A DNA stretch of 64,000 bases from Candidatus Latescibacterota bacterium (GTDB lineage Bacteria > Latescibacterota > UBA2968 > GCA-2709665): the NCBI GenBank assembly GCA_965226795.1, contig CBDDDZ010000005.1, forward strand, positions 2,944,001 to 3,008,000, given 5' to 3'. The position numbers and the translations under genes are program-made. This document shows, piece after piece, positions 22,598 through 35,000 of this stretch (positions are counted from its first letter, which is position 1; the number at the start of each line of letters is the position of its first letter). A model generated the notes under the pieces. It had not been told where the DNA came from. It saw only the letters and a list, made by a program, of their open reading frames with translations, and did not search any database.

Positions 22598-24701
22598 ATG
22601 AAGTCAGCAGCGGAGCTGGAAAGGGAAAACAAGACGCTGCGGGATTTTCACAGCCACACACGGGCGCTTGGCCTTCCGGAGTTCACGCCGCCCGCGCCGA
22701 CGAGTCCAGAGCTTACGTACCTGGCCGCGCCGATCCGCCACCACGGTGAGAGTGTCGGGACCTTTTTCGTGTCGGAGAAGCAAGGCGGCCGGGAGTTTAC
22801 CGCCGAAGACGAAGAGACGCTGGTGATGTTCGCTTCGCAGGCGGCGCTCGTCATTGCCAACGCCCGGCGATTCCTGGACGAAAAGCGTGCCAGGGCTGAT
22901 CTCGAGGCGCTGATCTACACCTCGCCGGTGGGCGTCGCTGTCTTCGACGCCAAGACCGGCAAGCCGGTGTCAATCAACCGCGAGGCGACAAGAATCGTGG
23001 CCGGTTTGCGTATTCACGACTGTAACCCGGAGGATCTCCTGGACGTCGTGAGCATCCGACGAGCGGACGGCAGAGAACTTTCCCTGCAGAAACTGCCCAT
23101 TGCCGAGGCGCTGAGCGCCGGCGAGACGATCCGGGCCGAGGAAGTCGTCATCAAGGTCCCCGACGGCCGCATGGTGACCGCCCTGATAAACGCAACCCCA
23201 TACGTTCCGGTGAGGGAGACGTAAAGTCCTTTGTGGTGACGTTTCAGGACATGTCGCATCTTGAGGAATTGGAGCGGCTCCGGGCCGAGTTCCTTGCCAT
23301 GGTTAGCCACGAGCTACGCGCGCCGCTGGCCGCTATAAGGGGTTCCGCGGCGACCGGTCTGGGGGATGCCTCCACCCTCGGAACGGCCGAGATCGTTCAA
23401 CTCTTCCGCATCGTAGTCAATCAGTCAGACCACATGGACGGACTGATCAATGACCTGCTGGACGTTGCACGCATCGCGACGGGCACCTTCCAGATCAATC
23501 CTGAATCGACGGAAGTGATCGGCATCTTGGATCAGGCCAGGAACATGCTTCTCAGTGGGGGATAAAAAACGATATCCACTTGGAATTGGCGCCCGGACTG
23601 CCCGCGGTGATGGCCGACCGCCGGCGCATCGTCCAGGTGCTGGACAACCTGCTGTCCAACGCGTCCCGGAACTCTCACGAGGCCACGCCGATTCGGGTGA
23701 CCGTCGTGCAGGAGGGCGCTCACGTGGTATTCTCCGTATCGGACAAGGGACGAGGCGTGCCAGCAGAGCACCTGCCGCAACTGTTCAGAAAGTTCCCCCG
23801 GCTCGTAGGAGACGAGCGGGCCGGCGACGATACAGGAGCGGGCTGGGGCCTGGCCATCTGCAAGGGCATCGTGGAGGCCCACGGTGGCCGGGGCCGCGCC
23901 GAGAGCGACGGGGTGGGCAAGGGAGCACGGTTCACGTTCACCATTCCAATCGCCGAGGAAGCCGAGTGTGTCCCAGTCGTTGCACCCCCTGACCGACAGC
24001 AGCGGAACCGTCAGGAACCAACGCCAATCCTGGTTGTGGACGACGACCCGCAGATACTGCGGATTGTCCGGGAGGCCCTCTCGAACGAGGGTTACGTTCC
24101 TTTCGTGACAGGTGACCCGGAGGAAGTGCCCACGCTTATGGAAATGCACGGTCCCCACCTGGTACTTCTGGATCTTGTGCTGCCGGGTACCGACGGGGTC
24201 GAGGTGATGCGGAAAATCCTGGAGAACGCAGATGTACCAGTCTTCTTCATTTCGGCCTACGGCCACGAAGAAACGATCGCCCGTGCTTTCGACGAAGGCG
24301 CCGACGATTATGTAGTCAAACCCTTCTCGGAGACAGAGTTGGCCGCCAGAATCAGGGCGGCCCTGCGCAAGCGGACGGCGCCCGACCGAACCGGGCCGAG
24401 CAAACCTTTCGCGCTTGGAGATCTTAACATACGACTACGCCGGGTGACCGTTGCCGGACGGCTGATACGGACAACCGACATCGAGTACCGGCTGATGGTT
24501 GATCTTTCAGTTAATGCAGGCAAGACCTTGACATATCGACACCTGCTGAAAACTGTCTGGCGCACGTGGAGCTACGACGACACTCGGTCGCTGCGCTCCA
24601 CCGTGAAGAACCTTCGCCGCAAGCTGGGCGACGACGCGAACAACCCTATCTACATCTTCAACGAACCTCGCGTCGGCTACCGCCTGGGGATGGCTGAATA
24701 A
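22598..24701 (+). pseudogene. Disrupted hybrid sensor kinase/response regulator (paralog of 37785-40172)
   Basis: Three consecutive ORF pieces align to the intact paralog. In-frame N-terminal deletion plus frameshifts at ~23197 (C4 run) and ~23560 (G5 run). Confidence 0.8.
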
Positions 24702-24855
24702 GAGGAAAGGCCGGCTGAAAGTCTCAGGGGGACCGGGTCTTGTATTTGCTTTCGCTGACCGAGAAACCAGGGCTTTCCAAATTCCGGCGGATATTCCATT
24801 CGATCGATCGACGTGCGGGGCGTCCCTGGCGTATCCTCCGTGTATCCAGGTCGCC

Positions 24856-26001
24856 CTAAAAACCGAAGCCCCCATGTAGCCTGATTACATTCAACGCATA
24901 GCCGCCGGACGTCGCATTCATTGCGCCCTCGAGAGACACGGTCGCCGCCGATCCGAAATACCATGGGATGCCAGTCCAGGAAGTGCGGCAACCGGCCGTT
25001 ACTACGCGGCCCCCGAAGTCGCCGACACTCATGCCCGCGTACGGGATGAGCACCCCGTCCCTCCTTCCGAACCCGTAGCCGACCTCCGCATCCAACCGGC
25101 CCGTGGCTTGAGAACCCTCGGCAGGAGCGAGCACCGTCGCTTCTCGCGCTGACCACAGACGTTGGGTAGCGCTGAATGGATCTCCCCAGGATGGCGCCAG
25201 TCTAAGAGAAAGCCCCCGACCGGAGGCAACCGGCGCCAGCAGGATCGACCCGGAGGCGCCCCATTCCCTGTAGCCCCTCTCCTGGTGGACCAGCAATCCA
25301 CGAACCGTCCCCTCAACTGTAAGTGGGCCCACGACCAGCCGCAATCGCGCGCCACCCTCCACGCCGGTTCCGGTTTCCGCATCCCCGCCATCGCGACGAA
25401 GCCCCACTTCACCACCAGGACTGAGCGTCACGCCATCATGGACCCTGAACATCCGGTCGGCTTCGAGGATGAACCGCAGCCTTGTAACGCCGCCGTCTGC
25501 GCTCGCCAGGCCGGCCACGGCATCGGATCCGGTTGCTACCCAAAGCAGGTCGGACTTCATTGCCAGACCGAACCCGCCGGCGCCCGCGTTTAGCAGCACC
25601 GCTCTTCCTCCGAATGCCCCCGTAAGCATATTCAGGTCTGTCTGTAGCGGTGACTGGCCGCCGAAGTCAAGCGTCAGTTCGCCCGCGCCGTAGCCTGCAA
25701 GTCCCCACGCCGAGAACCATTCGCTCATTTTGAACCGCGCGAAGGAATAAATGCCGGTTACCCTGCTATCTACATCACCCTGTCGATTGCCTTGTCCGAA
25801 GGCATTGTAGGAGCCGTCACCCGTACTGTGTGAGACGAGTACGCCAGCAAGCAGACGCTCCCACGAGGCATCGAATCCGAGAAACCCCGTGGCCACGCCG
25901 CCCTCCGTCCTCAAACCGCTATCTGAAGACCTGAATCCTCCCGTCGAAAACCGGCCCCAGGCGGCTAGTGAGGGCCCTGCGGAGGCACCCCCGCCCGAGG
26001 A
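24856..26001 (-). other. Autotransporter-like C-terminal beta-barrel domain of the adhesin
   Basis: AAWGRF..GGF, alternating amphipathic strands (TGFLGFDASW, GEVGLRRDGGDAETGTGVEGG, RLDAEVGYG), terminal GFGF. Confidence 0.75.
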
Positions 26002-29000
26002 AGTCGACGCTTTTGGCCCATCGATCAAAATGTCGAGTCAAGGAAAAGTCGGTGTCGCCACGTACACAGAGGCGCTTGGCGTGGGGCTGCACCAGCGCCA
26101 AGGCCGCGTCGATCCAGGGTGCCGCACCGGTGTGGCTGGGCACATTCCCCGGTCGGTTGACCAGGAAGAGCACTTCCTTCGTGTTGGAAAGTGAGATCAC
26201 CAGCGGATGGTAGCCCCAGATGCCCTGGTAAGAGATGTCCATACCCCTCTTGCGCTTTCCATATGTCGGCACGTTTGTGCCGTCCACGTCGATATAGGTG
26301 ATGTCACAAAGCAATTTGCGCCCACGCGATGCCCACAAGGAGGATCGCACCGCGTTGATGCACGAAACGTGGAAGGCGCTCCGGATCAGCAGGTCACGGT
26401 TGGCCATGGCGCTCCTGGCCTGGGGCCGCTCGGCCGCCAGTTGTGACCATTCCGCAAGGCTTGCATGGCTGGCCCTCGTGTGCCGAGTCACCTGCGGCCC
26501 GGCGCCGCCGAGGCGCATGCCTCCCACGGTCACGTGCGGAGTGGGCCTGCCATCGAGCCTTGACATGACTGCCTCCACCACCTGGCCACCGACGGTCCGC
26601 CCGAAACGCACGATCCACTCCTTCGGCATCGGATCGGTGTTGTGGATGGTCCCGGTGGCGGTCCCGTCGCCTATGAGAGCAATCCCGACGACCTCCGACA
26701 TCTCACTCTTGAGGTCCCCGTCGATCTCTGTATTAATGCGTGTAACTGTCAGCGTGAGGGTCTCGCTGCCCTCGTCGTGCGCATCCTCCAGCACAGAAAT
26801 CGAGGCCGTCCTCGAGGTGACACCCGGCGCGAAAACCAGATGTCCTTTTTCGGCGACGTAGTCCTCCCCGGCGGTGGCGGTGCCGTCGCCGGTCTCGAAA
26901 TATACCCACGTTCGCTCATCCTTCGGCCGGCTCAGGGTGACCAGGAAGTCGAGCGTCGCCCTCGGACCTTCGCGGACCTCGGCATCCGCGACGGAAAACG
27001 TCGCGGGTCCGTGTACCGTCACGTCGATTCCGTTCGAGAGGACGCGACTGTCGGCGGTGCATATTGCCCCGGAACTCCCGCACGGCCGCATCGGCAGCGA
27101 GATGGTCACGTCGGCGAGCGACGCCGGATCGATCTCCACATTCCACCCGAAGTTGCTTCCGGTCAGTGGTTCGGCCTTCCCCACGGTGCCCCCGGTGACG
27201 TCGAGGAAGCTCCCGGGCGATGAACCCTGGCTCAGCACCACGTTTTCGCTGAAATGCACCTCGAAGGTGAAGCTGACGCCAATGTGCTCTCGAGGGACGG
27301 CGGTGAACCCGGCGGTAAGCTCAGGGGGCGGCGTTGCGCCGCGTTCCGCACCTGCATGCGCGAGCACGATTTTCCCCCCATGCGGATCGCTGCTGCCAAT
27401 TGCTCCCCCGTTGAGCAGCATGCTGTTCTCTGGCACCCGCACCGACGTGTGCGAACCGTCCGATGTCGACAGGGTGTACGCGAACACGAGTTGCGTCGTC
27501 CCGCCCCCCCTGTCGAAGCTGGCGGCGCGCGCGGTTGAGCCGCCCAACACGATGCCCACCGTCGGCGTACCGTTCCCGGTTCCCACCGTCACCTCCTCGC
27601 TGAACGTGAGGGTCACCTCGACCGTCTCTCCCTCCCCGTAAAACATGTCGGATCCCGGGCCGCTCAACGCCGGGACACCCTGCACCCTCGGCCTTCTCAG
27701 CGCGCAGCGCAGCCCGGCATCTTCACCGCCCTGGGTGTTGTGCTCGCCCCAGGGCAGGTGCCCACAATCGACCAGCCTGTTCTCGTCGCCCGTGCATTGC
27801 AAGTCATCCAGCCAGATGGGGACGTCCGAGGCCGCACCGCCGAAATGCGATTCCAGGAAACGCGCGCTGTTGCCCACCGAGCCCGCATCATAACCGAGTT
27901 GCCTGCACGCGACGTCCGACTCCACGTCGGTCCAGAAGTCGTCGGCGATCGTTCCCCACTCCCCATTGTGGTAGACCTCCAGGCGGCCCTCGTTCCCTGT
28001 CTTTCCGTCCACGAGCCGCAGGTCGCCATCGGAGAACTGGCCCTGCGGCCCCGCCTCGATCACGTCGGTCACCGTCACCGCGAGCTCCTTCTCAGCCCTG
28101 TTCTCGTCGGCGTCCGTCGCTTGCAGCGTCACTTCATAGCCGTTGTCGGCGTCGTCATCCTCAGGGCTCTCATAGTCCCGCGCTACCATCGACAGCACCC
28201 CAGTGGACGTGTCGATGCTGAAATCCGCAGAGTCGGCCCCCGCCATGCCCCATGTCACCAACCCGACCGGTGTGCCGGTCAGCGCAGGCGTCCAGGAAGT
28301 GAAGGCAAGGTTCTCCGCTACCGTCGTGTCCGCAAGACCTGTGATCGACAGCGTCGCACTCTCCTGTACGTCTGTTACCGCCACCTCGATCGCCATCGTC
28401 GCCGTGTTGTCGTCGGAATCCGTGGCTTTGACGGTCACCTCGTACGCATTGTCCGTGTTCTCGTCGGCCGGGCTCTCGTAGTCCCGAGCCACCATCGACA
28501 GCACCCCGGTCGAGGCGTTGATGCTAAAGTCTTGCTCGTCGGCGCCTTCCTTCGTCCACGTCACCTCGCCGATCGGCGTGCCCGTCAGCGTGGGCACCGG
28601 CGACGTCCACGGCGCGTTTTCCTCCACGCTCGCATCCGGCAACCCCGTGATCGACAGCGTCGCACTCTCTACCACGTCCGTCACCGTGACTGTGATCGAG
28701 ACCATCGCTGTATTGCCGTCGGCGTCCGTGGCTTTGACGGTTACCTCATAGCCGTTGTCGGCGTCGTCATCCTCCGAGCTCTCGTAGTCCCGTGACACCA
28801 TCGACAATTGGCCTGTCGTACTGTTGATGGTGAAATCTTCCGCGTCGTCCCCCTCCTTGCTCCAGGTCACGTCACCTACCGGCGTGCCCGTCAGCGTGGG
28901 CACCGGCGACGTCCACGGCGCGTTTTCCTCCACGCTCGCATCCGGCAACCCCGTGATCGACAGCGTCGCACTCTCTACCACGTCCGTCACCGTCACCTCG

Positions 29001-32000
29001 ATCGAGACCATCGCTGTATTGCCGTCGGCGTCCGTGGCCTTCACCGTCACCTCGTAGACGTTGTCCGTGTTCGCGTCGGCCGGTGACTCGAAGTCCTGCG
29101 ACACCATCGACACCACACCTGTAGACGGGTCGATGCTGAAGTCCTCAGCGTCGGTGCCTTCCTTACTCCAGGTCACGTCCCCTACCGGCGTGCCCGTCAG
29201 CGACGGCACCGGCGACGTCCACGCCTGATTCTCCTCCACACTCGCGTCCGCCAGCCCCGTGATCGACAGCGTCGCCGTCTCCACCTGGTCGGTGACGATC
29301 ACCGTGATCGAGACCATGGCTGTATTGCCGTCCGCGTCGGTGGCTTTGACGGTTACCTCGTACCCGTTGTCGGCGTCGTCATCCTCGGGGCTCTCGTAGT
29401 CCCGCGAGACCATCGCCAGCACCCCGGTCGAGGCGTTGATGGTGAAGTCGTCCGCGTCGGTGCCTTCCTTACTCCAGATCACCTCCCCGATCGGCGTACC
29501 CGTCAGCGTGGGCGCCGGCGACATCCACGGCTCGTTCTCCGGCACGCTGACGACTGCCAACCCCGTGATCGACAGCGTTGCCATCTCCTGCACGTTAATA
29601 ATGGTCAGTGTGATCGCCTTTGTCGCCGTATTGTCGTCGGCATCGGTGGCCTTCACCGTCACCTCGTACCCGTTGTCGGCGGCGTCATCCTCCGGGCTCT
29701 CGTAGTCCCGTGACACCATAGACAACTGCCCCGTACTACTGTTAATCGTGAAGTCGGCCGCGTCCGTTCCCTCTTTGCTCCACGTCACCTCCCCTATCGG
29801 CGTGCCCGTCAGTGTGGGCACCGGCGACATCCACGGCGTGTTCTCCGCCACGCTCGCATCCGCCAGACCCGTTATCCCCAGCGTCGCGCTTTCCTGCACG
29901 TCCGTCACCGTCAACGCGATCGAGACCATGGCTGAATTGCCGTCGGCATCCGTGGCCCTCACCGTCACCTCGTACACATTGTCCGTGTTGGCGTCGTCAG
30001 GGTCCTCGTAATCCCGTGACACCATAGACAACTGGCCTGTACTGCTGTCAATGGAGAAGTCGGCCGCGTCCGTTCCTTCCACGCTCCATGTCACCTCACC
30101 GATCGGACCTCCCGTCAGCGACGGTGCCGGCGACGTCCACGGCGCGTTCTCCGGCACATTGGCATCCGCCAACCCCGTGATCCCCAACGTCGCACTCTCC
30201 CGCACGTCCGTCACCGTTACTGTGATCGAGGTCATCGCTGAATTGCCGTCGGCATCCGTGGCTTTGACGGTCACCTCGTAGGCGTTGTCCGTGTTCGCGT
30301 CGGCCGGTGACTCGAAGTCCTGCCCTACCATCGTCAACACCCCGGTCGAGGCGTTGATGCTAAAGTCTTGCTCGTCGGCGCCTTCCTTCGTCCACGTCAC
30401 GTCTCCTATCGGCGTGCCCATTAACGACGGCACTGACGACATCCACGGCTCATTCTCCTCCACGCTCGCGTCCGCCAACCCCGTGATCCCCAACGTCGCA
30501 CTCTCCCGCACGTCCGTCACCGTCACCGTGATCGAGACCATCGCTGTATTGTCGTCCTCGTCGGTGGCTTTGACGGTTACCTCGTAGCCGTTGTCGGTGT
30601 TCGCATCCGCCGGGCTCTCGTAGTCCCGTGACACCATCGACAACTGGCCTGCACTGCTGTCAATGGAGAAGTCGGCCGCGTCCGTTCCCTCTCTGCTCCA
30701 TGTCACCTCCCCTATCGGTGTGCCCGTCACCGACGGCACCGGCGACATCCACGCCTGATTCTCCGGCGCATTGGCATCCGCCAGCCCCGTAATCGACAGC
30801 GCTGCAAGCTCCTTCACGTTAAGGATGGTCAGTGTGATCGCCTTCGTCTTCGTATTGCCGTCCTCGTCGGTGGCTTTGACGGTCACCTCGTAGACGTTGT
30901 CCGTGTTCGCGTCGGCCGGGATCTCGTAGTTCCGTGACACCATAGACAACTGCCCCGTACTACTGTTAATCGTGAAGTCGGCCGCGTCCGTTCCCTCTTT
31001 GCTCCACGTCACGTCCCCTATCGGCGTGCCCGTTAACGACGGCACTGACGACATCCACGGCGCGTTCTCCGGCACATTGGCATCCGCCAACCCCGTGATC
31101 CCCAACGTCGCACTCTCCATCTCGTCCGTCACCGTTACTGTGATGTCCACCGTCTCCGTATTGTCGTCGGCATCCGTGGCTTTGACGGTTACCTCGTACC
31201 CGTTGTCGGCGTCGTCATCCTCCGGGCTCTCGTAATCCCGTGACACCATTGACAACTGGCCTGTAGCGCTGTTGATGGTGAAGTCTTCCCCGTCGGTGCC
31301 CTCCACACTCCAGGTTACGTCCCCGATCGGTGTGCCCGTCAGTGTGGGCACCGGCGACGTCCACGGATCGTTCTCCGGCGCATTGGCATCCGCCAACCCC
31401 GTGATCGACAGCGTCGCCTGCTCCTGCACGTTACGGATGGTCAGTGTGATCGCCTTCGTCGCCATGTTGCCGTCCTCGTCGGTGGCTTTGACGGTTACCT
31501 CGTACCCGTTGTCGGCGTCGTCATCCTCCGGGCTCTCGTAGTCCCGAGCCACCATTGACAACCGGCCTGTACTGCTGTCAATGGAGAAGTCGGCCGCGTC
31601 CGTTCCCTCTTTGCTCCAGGTCACCTCCCCGATCGGCGTACCCGTCAGCGTGGGCACGGGCGACGTCCACGGATCGTTCTCCGGCATGCTGGTGACTGCC
31701 AACCCCGTGATCGTCAGCGTCACCTGCTCCTGCACGTTAATGATGGTCAGTGTGATCGCCTTCGTCGTCGTATTGCCGTCCTCGTCGGTGGCTTTGACGG
31801 TCACCTCGTAGACGTTGTCGGCGTCGTCATCCGCCGCGCTTTCGAAGCTCCGCGCCACCATAGACAACTGCCCCGTACTACTGTTAATCGTGAAGTCGGC
31901 TGCGTCCGTTCCCTCTTTGCTCCAGGTCACGTCCCCTATCGGCGCGCCCGTCAGTGTGGGCACCGGCGACGTCCACGCCTGATTCTCCGACACATTGGCA

Positions 32001-35000
32001 TCCACCAACCCCGTGATCGACAGGTTCACGCTCTCCCTCACGTCGGTGACGGTCACCTCAATCGCCTTCGTCTTCGTGTTGCCGTCCGCATCGGTGGCTC
32101 TGACGGTCACCTCGTAGACGTTGTCGGTGTTCGCGTCAGCCGGGATCTCGTAGTTCCGCACCACCATTGACAACTGGCCTGTAGCGCTGTTGATGGTGAA
32201 GTCTTCCCCGTCGGTGCCCTCCACACTCCAGGTTACGTCCCCTATCGGCGGCCCGATCACGTCCGGCACCGGCGACGTCCACGGATCGTTCTCCGGCACC
32301 GACGCATCCGTCAGACCCGTGATCGACAGCGCAGCCGTCTCAGCCACGGGGATGACGTTCACACTGATCGCCTTCGTCGCCATGTTGCCGTCCGCATCCG
32401 TAGCCTTGACGGTCACCTCGTAGACGTTGTCCGTGTTCGCATCCTCCGGGCTCTCATAGTTCCGAGCCACCATCGACAACTGGCCTGTACTGCTGTCAAT
32501 AGAGAAATCCGTAGCGTCGGCGCCTTCCTTACTCCAGGTCACCTCCCCTATCGGTGTGCCCGTCAGTGTGGGCACCGGCGACGTCCACGGATCGTTCTCC
32601 GGCACGCTCGCGTCCGCCAACCCCGTGATCGACAGCGCTGCAAGCTCCTTCACGTTAAGGATGGTCAGTGTGATCGCCTTCGTCGTCGTATTGCCGTCCT
32701 CGTCGGTGGCTTTGACGGTCACCTCGTACGTGTTGCCGGCGTCGTCATCCTCAGGGCTCTCGTAGTTTCGAGCCACCATCGACAGCGCCCCGGTCGAGGC
32801 GTTGATGGTGAAGTCTTCCGCGTCGGCACCCTCCTTCGTCCAGGTCACCTCCCCTATCGGTGTGCCCATCAGCGTGGGCACCGGCGACGCCCACGCATCG
32901 TTCTCCGCCACGCTCGCGTCCGGCAGCCCCGTAATCGACAGCGCTGCATGCTCCTTCACGTTAAGGATGGTCAGTGTGATCGCCTTCGTCGTCGTATTGC
33001 CGTCCTCGTCGGTGGCTTTGACGGTCACCTCGTACCCGTTGTCGGCGTCGTCATCCTCAGGGCTCTCGTAGTTTCGAGCCACCATCGACAGCGCCCCGGT
33101 CGAGGCGTTGATGGTGAAGTCTTCCGCGTCGGCACCTTCCTTCGTCCAAGTCACCTCCCCTATCGGTGTGCCCGTCAGCGTGGGCACCGGCGACGCCCAC
33201 GCATCGTTCTCCGCCACGCTCGCGTCCGGCAGCCCCGTAATCGACAGCGCTGCATGCTCCTTCACGTTAAGGATGGTCAGTGTGATCGCCTTCGTCTTCG
33301 TATTGCCGTCCTCGTCGGTGGCTTTGACGGTCACCTCGTACGTGTTGCCGGCGTCGTCATCCTCAGCGAGCCACCATCGACAACACACCGGTCGAGGCGG
33401 GTCTCGTAGTTCCGAGCCACCATCGACAACACACCGGTCGAGGCGTTGATGGTGAAGTCTTCCCCGTCGGCGCCTTCCTTACTCCACGTCACCTCCCCTA
33501 TCGGTGTGCCCGTCAACGTGGGTGCCGGCGACGCCCACGGCTCATTCTCCGGCACACTCGCGTCCGCCAGCCCCGTAATCGACAGCGCTGCAAGCTCCTT
33601 CACGTCCGTCACCGTGACTTTGATCGAGACCATGGCCGAATTGCCGTCGGCGTCCGTGGCTTTGACGGTCACCTCGTACCCGTTATCCGTGTTCGCGTCG
33701 GCCGGAGCCTCGTAGTCCCGGACCACCATCGACAGCACACCCGTAGACGGGTCGATCGTGAAGCCGGCGGCGTCCGTTCCTTCCACGCTCCATGTCACCT
33801 CACCGATCGGCGTGCCCGTCAACGTGGGTGCCGGCGACGCCCACGGCTCATTCTCCGGCACACTCGCGTCCGCCAGCCCCGTAATCGACAGCGCTGCAAG
33901 CTCCTTCACGTCCGTCACCGTGACTTTGATCGAGACCATGGCCGAATTGCCGTCGGCATCGGTGGCTTTGACGGTCACCTCGTACGTGTTGCCGGCGTCG
34001 TCATCATCAGGGGTCTCATAGTCCCGCGCCACCATGGACACCACACCTGTAGACGGGGCGATGCTGAAGTCCTCAGCGTCCACACCCTCCTTTGTCCAGG
34101 TCACCGTCCCGACAGATGTCCCCGACAGCGACGGCACCCAGGACGCGAACGTCCGGTTCTCCGCCACCGTCGTGTCCGCCAGACCGATGACGGCCAGGTT
34201 CACGGGGGCCCTACGGGTGACAGTCACCACGTAGGTCTCCATGGTGGTACCATCCACCGCCGTCACCTTTGCCTTGACGACGTTCTCCCCCGCGTCGAGG
34301 TCCACCTGGTGGCCGTCGGCGCTCCCGCCGGCATCCGCCAGCGCCACGTCGTTCTCGTCGAGCCACGCCAGGTCAGCGTCGGGGTTCGTTGGGGTCGCCG
34401 CCACCGTGACGCGGTCGACGGCCCGGCCGACCTCCGCGCGGTAGCGGGTGGTCGCGGACGCAAAAGCGGGGCCCAGCGACACGCCGACAGCCCGTCTGTC
34501 TTCCAGAGCGAGGTCGCTCAGGGTGGCGATGTTGCGGTCCCCGTCCACCTTGTGGCCCGACAGTGTGTTGCGTGCGGGATGCTGGGGTCTGGCGTCCGCA
34601 CCATGCGGATTCCGGATCTTGTCATCGGTATCCAGCTTCAGCGTGCGGGTGTGGCCGCCGATCCAGATGCCGTCCGGGTCCTCGTCGGTAGGAAGCACGG
34701 TGTAGGTGAAGACCAGGCTGGTGGCGCTGCTGGCGCCGGCGTCGTATGCCGCCCTTCGATCACCCGTTCCCGCGGCGGCACCCGGTGGGCTGAGCGAAAA
34801 CTCGAACTCGGGGTCGCCGTCCACCGTCACCCCCTGGTTGTACCGGACGGCGATTCGAATGGACTCGCCGGAGACGTAGGTGTCGGAGGTCGTCGCCGGA
34901 CTCGAGACGACCGAGACGTCCACGATCCGCGGCCGGGGGTCGACCCTGTGGCTGGTCTGCGTGTCGAGTAAACTGTGGTCGGGCCTGGGGGCGACATCGT

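Noticed and set aside
28050..34200. Possible CRISPR array or diversity-generating retroelement
   Set aside because: The repeats are long and coding with no unique spacers, no cas or reverse transcriptase gene is present, and differences are not adenine-specific.
28200..34240. Series of 70-110 aa plus-strand ORFs at 306-bp spacing
   Set aside because: Antisense shadows of the cadherin repeats, not independent genes.
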